From: Mobula birostris
Taxonomy: Eukaryota
Length of the DNA stretch: 64,000 bases
Reading direction: 5' to 3'
Assembly (NCBI RefSeq): GCF_030028105.1
Contig: NC_092376.1
Span: forward strand, 178,660,080-178,724,079
Shown piece by piece: positions 23,901 to 35,905 of this stretch. The position numbers and the translations under genes are program-made. Position 1 is the stretch's first letter, and every line of letters begins with the position of its first letter. The notes under the pieces were generated by a model that was not told the origin of the DNA, did no database searches, and worked only from the letters and a program-made list of their open reading frames with translations.

Positions 23901-24582
23901 CACGTTGGGGGACGGACAGCCCGAAAATCCCTACATCCCATCTCGGAATGAACATTAAGCACAATACACCGTATACGCAATGAGTCCGCAACACAATTTC
24001 CTGTCTTCCGGATTACCTCTGATATCATAACAACGCTCCTCTTGTTCTTTTATCTTAAATACAACCAAATGCGACATATCCCTGTCTCCTCAAACGCAGT
24101 CTACCACATCAATACTGCAGTAAAATTTCTTTATACGTGCTGCATTCTTGAACGATTTTTATCCAGATTTTAGTGCTAAATAATACATTTCTTGTCGTCT
24201 ATCATAGAGGATATTAGTGCACTTGAAGTGTGATGATCGATTTTGATGAAGTATGTGTACAGAAAACCCAGAATGTTAAGGTGGATGAAAATAATTGCTT
24301 GGACATCAAGGAATGTGGTTTCCATTCGTTGGTTGCCAAGAAATACAGCAAGTATATTTCCACGTTACAGATTGGTTTATGGAGTCGATAAATTCATAAT
24401 GCTTAGAAGTAAACAGTATTTATGCGCCAACAGTTTAGTTTACATGTCAGGATAGTCAAGGAAATTTTCTCAAATAGCTGGTGTTCAGTTAATTATGGGA
24501 CCAAACGACCTATATGATGATTCTAATCGTTTAGAAACTCAAGACTACCAAAGTACTAAAGCGCTGATTTTGAATTTTGTAC

Positions 24583-25873
24583 AATACTGTACTAGATGCA
24601 GAGTGACAGTAAGATAAATCATTGGACTGTGGAGAATAGGCATCTTTCCAACTTGTATCGACGGCTGTTGACGGTGACAAGCCTTCAAGAACAAAAAATG
24701 CACCCGTGTTCGAAAAAGAGGCTGAAAGGAAACGCATTTTTGGGAACATTAGTGACCAACGCACCAAGGTATTAAATGCACTATTTGTTAATCTTGTTCC
24801 AGGGAGAGTGCGTAAGTTATTGGCCTGGTTCCTGAAACTGTGAGAACGAAATGCAGGAATAACTGGATTTTGAAGCAGAGGAATGCCACGAACTTGATAT
24901 TTAGACCGTGGAAAATGGTTCGCCAGCACTTACAGGGCATTCCAAAGTGTGAATGGATTTGATTGATGTAAAAGATAATGGTCCTGCGATAACGGTGTGC
25001 TCTCTATGTGGCAAAGTCCCCAAGCCTCTCCCGGAACAGTGATAGCTAAAATGTTCGTTACGAATCGCTATCCCGGAGCAAACGGGGAAGTTCCGAGCAC
25101 CATTTCATTGGGTCTTTCCTTTTAAATTTAGTCCTCCCTGAACAGCCATTATCAAGTGATCACCAGTCGCTTGTTGGATCGGGAAACCACTCCAATCACA
25201 GCGTGTGTGTTTGGGTCTCCACAATTAACATGTAAAATCATCCATATATTGTTGTCCGATAGCAATACAACACATCACGAATTTCCCAATCTTTCTACGA
25301 CTTCCATGTGATGAGAATCACGCTACGGGTGCATGTATTTTCGCACAGACTGCGTTTGATCCGGACCTGGGCCACATCTTTTTTTTTGTCTTCAGGGGGA
25401 ATGTGCGGGATACACCGGTGCCCATCTACATTATGATTAACTTGATAGAAGACAGCATTTGCGCACTGCGCTCCTTTGAATATCAGGAAATCAAAACCTT
25501 CCAAATCCTTATTCACGCTCGTTACGGCGATGTGCACCAGCAGAGCAGCAGCGCTACAGTGAATGCGAGCATCCTGAATCAAACTGATAACGTGCCGGAA
25601 ATAGTTTTACCTTCAGCGCAGTGTAGATCGGGAGCCGTGGAGATCCTTCCCCAGTCAGTAGGTCAGGCGTACTTGGTCACTAAAATCATGGTGACTGTTG
25701 TAAGTTCTGGTCAGAACGCTCGGCTCTCGTACCAGATGGTTCAAACAACCGATCCATAGGGTTTAATTTAGGCGAAATCAGAACAATGGGAAGAACTTTG
25801 GAGCTGGATGATTGCTACCACGCAGAGTACAATGGTCCTAGTGGGCAACGTCACCGAGAATGTTACCGAGAAA
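24583..25873 (+). pseudogene. Clustered protocadherin pseudogene (late EC2 to EC6; promoter, EC1, TM and tail deleted)
   Basis: Colinear decayed similarity to 10960-12430. Residual frame ICALRSFEYQEIKTFQ...SSSATVNASILNQTDNVPEIV...YLVTKIM...SGQNARLSYQ. Multiple indels and stops. Ends at GNVTENVTEK. Confidence 0.9.
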
Positions 25874-25875
25874 GT

Positions 25876-26228
25876 CTCTTGGGTCTAGAGCTTGGCTGCC
25901 GGCTGGGGCTTGGGTCTTGAGTCTTGAGCTTGGCTACCGGCTGGGGTTTTGGATCTTGAGCTTGGCTGCAGGATGGGGTCTTGGGTCTTGAGCTTGGCTG
26001 CCGGCTGGGGTCTTGGGTCTTGAGCTTGTCTACCTGATCGTCGAGGCTAGGGTTCTTGGAGCTTGGCTGCGGGATCATCGAGACTAGGGTTCTTGGAGTT
26101 TGGCTGCGGGACCGTCGAGGCTAGAGTTCTTGGATCTTGGCTGCGGGATTGTCGAAGCTAGCGTTCTTGGAGCTTGGCTGCGGGATCTTCGAGGCTTCGG
26201 TTCTTGGAGCTTGGCTGCGGGATCTTCG
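25876..26228. repeat. Compound minisatellite (32-bp unit then 37-bp unit)
   Basis: About 5x GAGCTTGGCTGCCGGCTGGGGTCTTGGGTCTT, then about 5x GAGCTTGGCTGCGGGATC.TCGAG.CTAGGGTTCTTG. Confidence 0.9.
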
Positions 26229-26994
26229 TCTTGAAATGCGGAGGCCGATAACTCGGAGGCCGGAGCTGAGAGACAGACTGGGAACTGAACATCAACATCG
26301 AGCCGGGACTTATCCTACGACAAGCCGGGACTCAACTTTATCTCCACACCAAGGTGGGACAAGTCCAGCTGTTGGGTAACGGCCGGATGGCCAGACTTAC
26401 CCAACAGAGGCAAAGACAAGACAGGTCCCCCCGCAGGCAACGGGAAGACGGCCTGACTACCCCACGGAGGCTAGGACAAGACTAGACAAGACATGACCGC
26501 CCCTCCCCCCGCGGGGCAACGGCAAAACGGCCTGACCATGATAGTATCCCACCCCCGCCGCCTTCTACGGGAGCTTCCGGGCGACTGAAGAGGTTCTCCA
26601 GGACTAAGGACAACTCTGGCGGGTGGGTGTTTGGTTTCGGCACTGGGGAATCCTGGATGGCGAGAGTTTATCTCCACTGTCTGTGTGCATGGGTCCATGG
26701 TTGGCTGGTTCGTTCTGTCACAAGGGGTGCTGGGGACGGATCCAAATGCAAGACACAGACACTGAAGTACAAGGAAAAGGACTTGACTAGAGTAAGGACG
26801 TGACAGGATTCAGGCAAGGATCAGGGACAAGAGCGCAGACTTGGGCTAGGGAAAGCGGGACCAGTACTAGGAACCATGGACTAGGAGACAAGTCTTGGAC
26901 TCCCATCCCGAGACTGGACAAGGACCCAGAACCTGTGTCTTGCCTCCTGCTCGGACCCCAGAACCAGTCAAGGACATGACTTGTCTGCCGGTAG

Positions 26995-27455
26995 GGGTCT
27001 AGGGTCTTGAGCTTGGCCGCCGGCTGGGGTCTTGGGTCTTGAGCTTGGGTGCCGGCTGGGGTCTTGGGTCTTGAGCTTGGCTGTCGGTTGGGGTCTTGGG
27101 TCTTGAGCTCGGCTGCCGGCTGTGGTCTTGGGTCTTGAGCTTGGTTGCCGGCTGGAGTCTTGGGTCTTGAGCTTGGCTGCCGGCTGGGGTCTTGGGTCTT
27201 GAGCCTGGCTGCCGGCTGGGGACTTGGTTCTTGAGCCTGGCTGCCGGCGGTGGCCTTGGGTCTTGAGCTTGGCTGCCGGCTGGGGTCTTGGGTCTTGAGC
27301 TCGGCTGCCGGCTGTGGTCTTGAATCTTGAGCTTGGCTGCCGGCTGGGGTCTTGGGTCTTGAACTTGGCTGCCGGCTCGCCGAGGCTAGAATTCTTGGAG
27401 CTTGGCTGCGGGATCCTCGAGGCGTGGTTCTTGGAACTTGACTGCGGGATCTTCG
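26995..27455. repeat. Compound minisatellite (32-bp unit then 37-bp unit)
   Basis: About 12 copies of the same 32-mer, followed by about 2 copies of the 37-mer. Confidence 0.9.
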
Positions 27456-27919
27456 TCTTGAAATGCGGAGGCTGATAACTCGGAGGCTGCAGCTGAGAGA
27501 CAGACTGGGAACTGAACATCAACATGGAGCCGGGACTTATCTTTCGACAAGTCAGAACTCATCTTTAACACAACACTAACATGTGACAGGACAGAACATA
27601 GACATAGAGCCGGGACTTATCCTCCCGCAAGACGGGACACAACTTCATCTCCACACCTGAGTGGGACAGGTCCAGCTGTTGGGTAACGGCAGGACGGCCA
27701 GACTTACGCAACAGAGGCAAAGACAAGACATGTCCCCCCGCAGGACAACGGCAAGACGGCCTGACTACCCCACGGAGGCGAGGACAAGACAAGACATGAC
27801 CCCACCCCCCCCGCAGGGCAACGGCAAAACTGCCTGACTTACTCCACGGAGGCGAGGACAAGACAGGACAAGACAAGACCCCCCGGCGGGGCAACGGCCA
27901 GACGGCCTGACTTACCCCA

Positions 27920-29080
27920 AGGAGGTGCAGGTAGATCCAGAGCCTGACTTGGAGCCTACACCTAGTAAGAGGACTCTTCAGAAACGCGGGGTGAATACTT
28001 GGCCCCCACCTGGCGAGGATAGGCCGGCCCTCACCCCTGAGAGGGGTACCCATTCGGAGGATAAGGTCCCGGATATGTGGTATATGCTGCCTTTCGCTAA
28101 CCCCCAGTGACTGAGGAAAAGATTCCCGGCCCTTCTGCCATTGAGACAGGTGAAATGGGGTTGGGAGGTGGAGGGGGATATCGGTGGGCAACCTGGGTTG
28201 CATCGTGAAACGCAGGGTTTGATCACGGAACAGAGGGCTCCGACTTGCAGGTGGGCACAAGTGATAGATCGGGGGAGGTCTTTCCAGGTAGACCAGAAGT
28301 ATCCCCAGTAGTGTCGGCACCTGAAGTGTTAGATGATGGGGTGCGGCGGTCTCAGAGAATTAGGAGACCACCGGATAGTTTGGCCTACGTAGCACAAGGC
28401 GAGCAGAGTGTGATCCCTACTGTTTTGAGGAGCTATATCACTGCCTTTTACACCTGGGTTGGGCTTTGTGTTTTGCACGAAGGGTTGGCGAATTATCTCA
28501 ACGTCATAATGACATGATTAAATTTGGTGGGGGGAGAGTGTAACACGCTGTAGGGTTTCACTGCTGTAAGGTTTCACTGATAATGTAATGGTTTCTCTGT
28601 ACCAGCAATGTTTGGGTTATGACGAGAGATAACTGGGTTTGGAATGTTGTTCTTTCTTTTGAGTCTGGAAGAGAGATTTTCGCGGTCTTTTGCCGCGAAT
28701 AGGTGAGGAGAGGGACAGAGTTTGGTAGATCGCCGGAGAGGGTGCACTTGGAACGAGAATCCGAAGGGCAGCGACGATCGAAAGAGGTCGACGGTGGAGG
28801 ATCAGCTTATCAGTAAGATCCAACATTGCACAACAGACTGTTTAATAAGATTGGGCCTTCTTTTCTTTTTTTTTCGTTTCTTTACTAAACATATAATCAA
28901 AGTAAGAAATATAAAGCTTATTCGTTTAATCACACATTGTGTACTGTTCGTTATTTCGGGGTACTGATTTGTAACAGGGGACATATCGCTCAGCATCCCC
29001 CCAAACGGGATTTCTTAAGTTTGGCGGGGCCAGGGTTTATCACCCACTATATTAAGCCACTCGCCAAAGCAAGAGTTGCA
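27920..29080 (+). mobile_element. Gypsy-type LTR retrotransposon 3' remnant with 3' LTR (28539-29080)
   Basis: Post-integrase motif VRRSQRIRRPPDSLAY. PPT GGTGGGGGGAGAG 28526-28538. LTR TGTAAC...GTTGCA. The LTR shares atttcggggtactgatttg and flanking sequence with the solo LTR at 45990-46635. Confidence 0.7.
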
Positions 29081-29277
29081 AATGATTTCAAGAGGAGAAA
29101 ATTGGAGGCCCATGAGTCAGTCCTCATCGGAAGAGCAGAGTTGGAGAGAATCAGCAACTTTACGTTCCTCGGTGTTATCATTTCAGAGGCTCAGTCCTGG
29201 GCACAGCACGTAAGTGTAACAGCAGTTCTGTTTCCTTAGAAGTTTGCGAAGATTCGGCATGACATCTAAAACTTAGA

Positions 29278-32200
29278 CCGTAAGACCATCATATATAGGA
29301 GCAGAAGTAGGTATTCGGCCCATCTAGTCTAATCCTCCATTCAATCATGGGCTTCTTCAAGTCAGCCCCACTCCTCTGACTTGCCCCTAAACCCTTTGAT
29401 GCGCTGGTTAATTAAGAACCTATCTATCTCTGCCTTAAATACACCCAATAACTTGGACTCCACAGCCGCTTATGGGTACAAATTCCACAGATTTACCACC
29501 CTCTGACTAAAGTAAGTTTTTCGCATTTCGGTTCTAATTGGCCGCTCTTCAGTCCTGAAGACTTGTCCTCTTGTCCTAGAATCCCCTACCATGGGGAATA
29601 ACTTTGCCATATCTAATCTGTTCAGGCCTTTTTACCAAACGGAATGTTCCCTCATTCTCCTGAACTCCAGGTAATACAGCTCAAGAGCTGCCAGATGTTC
29701 CTCATACGGTAACCCTTCCATTCCTGGAATCATTCTTGTGAATCTTCTCTGAACCCTCTCCAATGCCAGTATATCCTTCCTAATATAAGGAGCCCAAAAC
29801 TGCACACAATACTCCCAGTGTGGTCTCACAAGTGCTTTATAGAGTCTCAACATCACACCCCGACCCTTATATTCTATACTTCCAGAAATGAATGCTAACA
29901 TTGCAGTCGCCTTCTTCACAACCGACTCAACCTGGAGTTTAACTTTTAGGGCACCTTGCACGAGGACTGCTAAATACCTTTGCATCTCTGCCTTTTGAAT
30001 TCTCTACCCATCTAAATAACAGTCTGCGCGTTGATTTGTTCCACCAAAGCGCGTGACCATAAACTTTCCAACATTGTATTTCCTTTGCCACTTCTTTGCC
30101 CATTCCTTTGAACTATCTAAGTCTCTCTGCAGGTTCTCTGTTTACGCAACACTACCCGCTCCTCCACATATCTTCAAATCATTGACATACATTGTAAAAA
30201 GCAGCGGTTCCAACATCGACTCCTGTGGAACTCCACTGGTAACCGGCAGCCAGCCAGAACAGGATGCCTTTATTCCCACTCTCTGTTTTCTGCCAATAGC
30301 CGATGCTCCACCCATGCTAGTAACTTCCCTGTAATTCCATGGGCTCTTAAGTGGCTAAGCAGCTCTTAGGTGGCTAAGCAGCCTCATGTACGGCACGTTG
30401 TCAAAGTCCCTCTGAAAATCCAAGTACACCACGTCTACTGCATCTCCTTTGTCTACCCTGCTTGTAATTTCCTCAAAACATTGCTGTAGGTTTGTCAGGC
30501 ATGATTTTCCTTTCAGGAAACCATGTTAGATTTGGCCTTTCTTGTCATGTGCCTCCAGGTACTCCGTAATCTCATCCCTAACAATCGATTCCAACAACTT
30601 CGCAACCACTGATGTTAGGCTAACAGGTCTATAGTTCCCTTTCTGCTGCCTCCCACCTTTCTTAAATAGTGGAGTAACGCTTGCAACTTTCCAGTCATCC
30701 GGTACAATGCCAGAATCTATCGATTCTTGAAAGATCATCGTTATTGTCTCCACAATCTCTCCAGCTACTTCCTTCAGAACCCGAGGGTGCATTCCATCAG
30801 GTCGAGGAGATTTATCCACTCTCATACCATTGAGCTTGCTGAGCAAGTTCTCAGTCGTAATTTTCACTGTACAAACTTCAATTCCCTGACATTCTTGAAT
30901 GTCCAGTATACTGCAGATGTCTTCCACTGTGAAGACTGATGCAAAATACGCATTCAGTTCCTGTGCCATCTCTGCATCTCTCATTACAATATCTCCAGCG
31001 TCATTTTTTATTGATCCTATATCTACCCTCAACTCTCTTTTTACCCTTTATAACCATATAACCAATAGCAACTACTGCACGGAAGCAGGCCATCTCGGCT
31101 CTTCTAGTCCATGCCGAACTCTTACTCTCACCTAGTCCCACCGACCTGCACTCAATCTAAAACCCTCCATTCCTTTCCTGTCCAGATATCTATCCAATTT
31201 AACTTGAAATGACAACATCGAACCTGCCTCAACCACTTCTGCTGGAAGCTCGTTCCACACAGCTACCACTCTCTGAGTAATGACGTTCCCCCTCATGTTA
31301 CTCCTAAACTTTTGCACTTTAACACTTAACTCATGTCCTCTTGTTTGAATCTCCCCCACTCTCAATAGAAAGAGCCTATCCACATCAACTCTATCTATCC
31401 TCCTCATAATTTTAAATACCTCTATCAAGTCCCCCCTCAACCTTCTACGCTCCAAAGAATAAAGACCCAACTTGTTCAACCTTTCTCTGTGACATAGGAG
31501 ATGAAACCCAGGCAACATTCTAGTAAATCTCCTCTGTACTCTCTCAATTTTATTGACATCTTTCCTATAATTCGGTGACCAGAACTGTACACAATACTCC
31601 AAATTTGGCCTTACCAATGACTTATACAATTTCAACATTACATTCCATCTCCTATACTCAAGGCTCTGATTAATAAAGGCCAGCATACCAAAAGCTTTCT
31701 TCACCACCCTATACACATGAGATTCCATCTTCAGGGAACCATGCACCATTGTTCCTAGATCCCTCTGTTCTACTGCATTCTTCAATGTCCTACCATTCAT
31801 CATGTATGTCCTATTTTGATTAGTCCTACCAAAATATAGCACCTCACATTTATCAGCATTAAACTCCATCTGCCATCTTTTACTGCACTCCTCTAAGTGG
31901 TTGAAATCTCACTGCAAGCTTTGAAAACCTACTTCATTTTCCACAACTCCACTTCTCTTAGTATAATCTGCATACTTACGAATCCAATTTACCACCCCAT
32001 CATCCAGATCATTAATATATATGACAAACAACATTCGACCCAGTACATATCCCTGAGGCTCACCACTAGCAACCGTCCTACAATATGACACACAGTTATC
32101 CACCACTACTCTCTGGCATCTCCCATCCAGCCACTGCTGAATCCATTTTACTACTTCGATATTAATACTTAACGATTGAACCTTCCTAAGAAGTTTCCGT

Positions 32201-33665
32201 GTGGAAACTTGGCAAAGGCCTTACTGAAGTCCTTATAAACAACTTACACCTCTTTACCCTCGTCAACTTTCCTAGTAACCTCTTCAAAATTCTATAAGAT
32301 TTGTCCAACATGACCTTCCACGCACAAATCCATGTTAACTGTTCCTAATCAGACCCTGTCTATCCAGATAATTATATATACCATATCTAAGAATACTTTC
32401 CATCAATTTACCCACCACTGACGTCAAACTGACAGGCTGATAATTGCTAGGTTTACTATGAGTACCCTTTTTAACAAATGGAACAACATGAGAAATACGC
32501 CAATCCTCCGGCAACATCCCCGTTTCTAATGACATTTGAAATATTTCTGTCAGAGCCCCTGCTATTTCCACATTAACTTCCCTCAAGGTCCTAGGGAATA
32601 TCCTGTCCGGAACTGGACACTTATCTACTTTCATATTCCTTAAAAGCGCCAGTACTTCCTCTTCTTTAATCATCATACTTTGTATAACTAACCTTCTTGT
32701 TTCCCTTACCTTACAGAATTCAATATCCTCTCCGTAGTTAATACCGAAGAAAATAAATTGTTCAAAATCTCCCCCATCTCTTTTGGCTCCGCAACTAGCC
32801 GTCAACTCTGATTCTCTAAGGGACTTTTATATACTTAAAAAAAAACTTTTAGTATTTTCTTTGGTATTAGTCGCCAGATTCCTTTCATAATTCATCTTTT
32901 CGTTCCTACTGACCTTCTTCGTTTCCTTCTGTAAGTTTTTAAAAGCGCCTCAAGCCTTAATCTTCCCCCTAGCTCTGGCTTCCTTATACACCCTCTCTTT
33001 CGCTTTTTCTTTGGCTCCGAATTCACTTGTCAGCCACAGTGGTGTCCTTCTTCCCTTTGAAAATTTCTTCTTATTTGGAAATTATCTGTCTTGCACTTCC
33101 CTCATTTATCGCAGAAACTCCTGCCATTGCTGCTCTGCTGTCGTTCCCACAAATGTCCCTTTCCAGTCAACTTTGGCCAGTTACCCTCTCCTGCCATTGT
33201 AATTTCCTTTATTCCATTGAAATACCGACACATTGGATTTTATTTTCTCTCTCTCAAATTTCAATGTGAGCTCTATCAAATTGTGATCTCCGTTCCCTAA
33301 GTGTTCCTTAACCTTCAGCTCTCTTATCACCTCCGGATCATTGCACAACACCCAATCAACAACAAACTGTTCTAAAAGTCATCCCTTAGAAATTCTGCAC
33401 ATTCTCTCTCTTGAGGTCCAGTACTGACCTGGTTTTCCCAATCCACTTTCATGTTGAAATCCCCAACGATTATTATGACGTTGTCTCTCTGACACGCCTT
33501 TTCTATCTCCAGCTGTAATTTGTAATCCACGTCCCAGCTGCTGTTTGGAGGCCTGTATACAACTACCATTCGGGTCCTTTTACCCTTGCTATTTCTTAAC
33601 TGAACCCATAGAGACTCTACACCTTCCAATCCTATGTCATCTCTTTCGACTGATTTAATGTTATT
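29278..33665 (-). mobile_element. CR1 LINE (outer: 29278-31050 and 32826-33665)
   Basis: [61 protein letters not shown]. Confidence 0.9.
31051..32825 (-). mobile_element. CR1 LINE (inner, 5'-truncated) nested in the outer CR1
   Basis: 245-aa frame MEFNADKCEVL...LVRPNLEYCVQFWSP...RGDLIEVFKI. YADYTK at the RT motif. Short TTTATA duplication at the junctions. Confidence 0.85.
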
Positions 33666-34777
33666 TTGACAACATTCAAAAGATGTGTGGTCAAGAGCAT
33701 ATGAACTGGTTACATCGCGGCCTGTTATGGACATACCAATGCCCTTGAACGGAAAATCCTACAGAAACTATTGGATGCAGGCCGGTCCATCACGGACAAG
33801 GACCCCTGCAGCATTAAGCACATCTACATGGAGCACTGCCACAGGAAAGCAGCATTCATTATCAGTGACCCCCACCATCCGGGACGTGCTCTCTTCTCGC
33901 TGCTGCCATCAGGGTCCACGCTACCGGGTTCAGGAAAAGTTATTACCCCTCAAACACGAGAATCTGAACCAGTGGGATAACTTCACTCAAATTGACTCGC
34001 CTCAACACTGAACTGTTCCCACAACTTATGGACTGACTTTCATGGCTACTTCCTTTCACTGTCCTTGATTTTTATTGCTTATGTATTTATTTATCTTGTA
34101 TTTGCACAGTTGATTGTCTTTTGGACATTGGTCGTTTGTCCGGCCTGTTGGTTGCGATCTTTCAGTGACTGTATTATATTTCTTGGTTTTACTGACGATC
34201 CCTGTACGAAAGCAAATGACCAGGTTGCACCTTGTGACATATAGTTACTTTGTATTTTGAACGGCAGGAAATACTGGAACTACCAGGATGATCAGTGAAT
34301 GAGGTGGGAAATAAAATTGACGGTTATTGTTCGGAAACATTATTCCTCTCAGAGCTGTTTCCACTTTGAACAATTGTGTACTTCCAATATTTTCTGCTTC
34401 TATGTAGTTTTGTAGAAATTTCATTTTCATTTAAATAGAACGTCCTTCTACAAGCGAGTATATCTGCAGATGACTGAAATCTTCCATGATCCCCCCCCCA
34501 TGATCATTTTATAAAATTTCCACGACCTTTAGTCTAGATTTCCAATACTAGAGAGTTGATTCCATGCGGCCTTTAACTTCTCATTCACTGCCCGTTTACT
34601 TCTGTTCCTGTTCGACATCACGATATGTACAACAGAATTTTAAAAATTTCAGTATATAGTTTTAGGGTTCATTACAGGTGCTTTTCATAATATGCCTTCA
34701 AGTTTAGCAATCGTCAATGATTTTTAGCATTAAGCACCAACTTTGGGTTTCTATTCCAGACTGACAATATTTCTTGC

Positions 34778-35190
34778 TGAACAACACAAAGGAAATGCTG
34801 ACACGGAACTCAGCAGGTAAGATAGCAACTATGCAAATGAATAGACAATCGACGTTTCGGACCGAGACTCGAGCATCAGAACTGGAAAGGATGGGGAAGA
34901 AGCCAGAATAAGACGGTGAGGGAAGGGGCAGGAGGAAAAGAGAAAATACGATAGGTGAAGCCAGGTTAATGGGCAACAGGGACGTGTTAAGTGGAAGAGA
35001 GAAAGGGTTTGAGAAGAAAGAATCTGATAGGAGAGGAGAGTGGATCATGGTTGCTCCCTCAACCTGAGAGTGGCTTCAAAGTGGCAGAAGAGGAGGCCAT
35101 AGATCGATATGAGGGAATGGAAATGGGGATAGGAGTTGAAACGGTTGGCCACCGGGAAATTCCGTTTATTGGCGGAAGTTTCTTGCTTGC
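34778..35190 (-). mobile_element. Penelope-like element 3' remnant with decayed hammerhead motif
   Basis: Minus strand shows an ATLRL.EQ-like GIY-YIG C-terminal remnant near 35050-35075, a CT-rich tract, and CTGATGC...GTCTCGGTCCGAAACGTC at 34851-34879. Confidence 0.65.
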
Positions 35191-35905
35191 TGCATACTTG
35201 CTGCCTGGTCTCAGTTATTGCTTACTGGGCAGCAATGTGCTCCTTGGATGCAATCATATGTGTATCTATTCATCTCCAATGAATTGTTTACGATTGTACT
35301 TTTGGTTATCCGAATTGGCACTGCATGCAAACGAAAAATAAAATGACTGAGCTGTAATAACCAATGAATAAGACCTGGAATACGTGAACTTAACCTTCAC
35401 AAGCAGATTTCAGTTCTGTAGGCTCCAGTGTTAAGTTGGAATTCTAGACAACAGCTTTGAAAGTATATCATCATAAATTTAATTAACCTTTCAGATATTT
35501 ACATTAGATCTGGATACAGAATGTCATGCCGGCATGCTCAGCGTGTGGAGTAATCAAACAAATATGGAACACAGAACTAAAAAGTTCTTAAGAAGAGTAG
35601 ATGGCCGTAAGAAAGCTCTCTGAAAAATTGCTATTGTAAAATCCGTAAATTGGACAATTGGTTTATTATATCGATGTACATTGGAAAGGTTTCTGCGCAT
35701 GCCTTCCAAACAGATCATTTAATCATATCAGTCCGTTGAGGTCGTACAAGGGGAAAGCAATATAACATGCAAAATAAAATGTGATGGTTACAGAGAAAAT
35801 CAAGCAGTGAGGAAGGTACAGGATCATGACGAAGTAGACTTTCACAGCAACTTCTGAAGATCTTATCGTACAAAGGGATGGGTCAATAGTTTTATAACAG
35901 CGAGA

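Larger units (their letters stand above)
25874..27915 (-). mobile_element. Non-autonomous LTR retrotransposon: two long minisatellite-containing LTRs around a 172-bp core
   Basis: Direct repeat 25874-26543 vs ~26990-27840. On the minus strand the LTR end GTGACA (26716) is followed by GAACGAACCAGCCAACC-ATGGACCCA. PPT-like GGGGTGGGATAC (26555-26544) abuts T(A)TCATG. Confidence 0.65.
29081..34260 (+). mobile_element. Rex1/Babar LINE fragment (29081-29275 and 33666-34260) split by CR1 insertions
   Basis: ERISNFTFLGVIISEAQSW on the left. The frame continues GMTSKT|LT.F.RCVV on the right, then IISDPHHPGRALFSLLPSG. Confidence 0.75.

Noticed and set aside
25876-27455. 32-bp repeats resembling a CRISPR array
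   Set aside because: Units are head-to-tail with no unique spacers, there are no cas genes, and the context is eukaryotic. This is a minisatellite.
26968-27525. 185-aa repetitive minus-strand ORF (QDPRPQPAAKLKT)
   Set aside because: By-product of a 32-bp stop-free repeat cycling through frames. No coding evidence.
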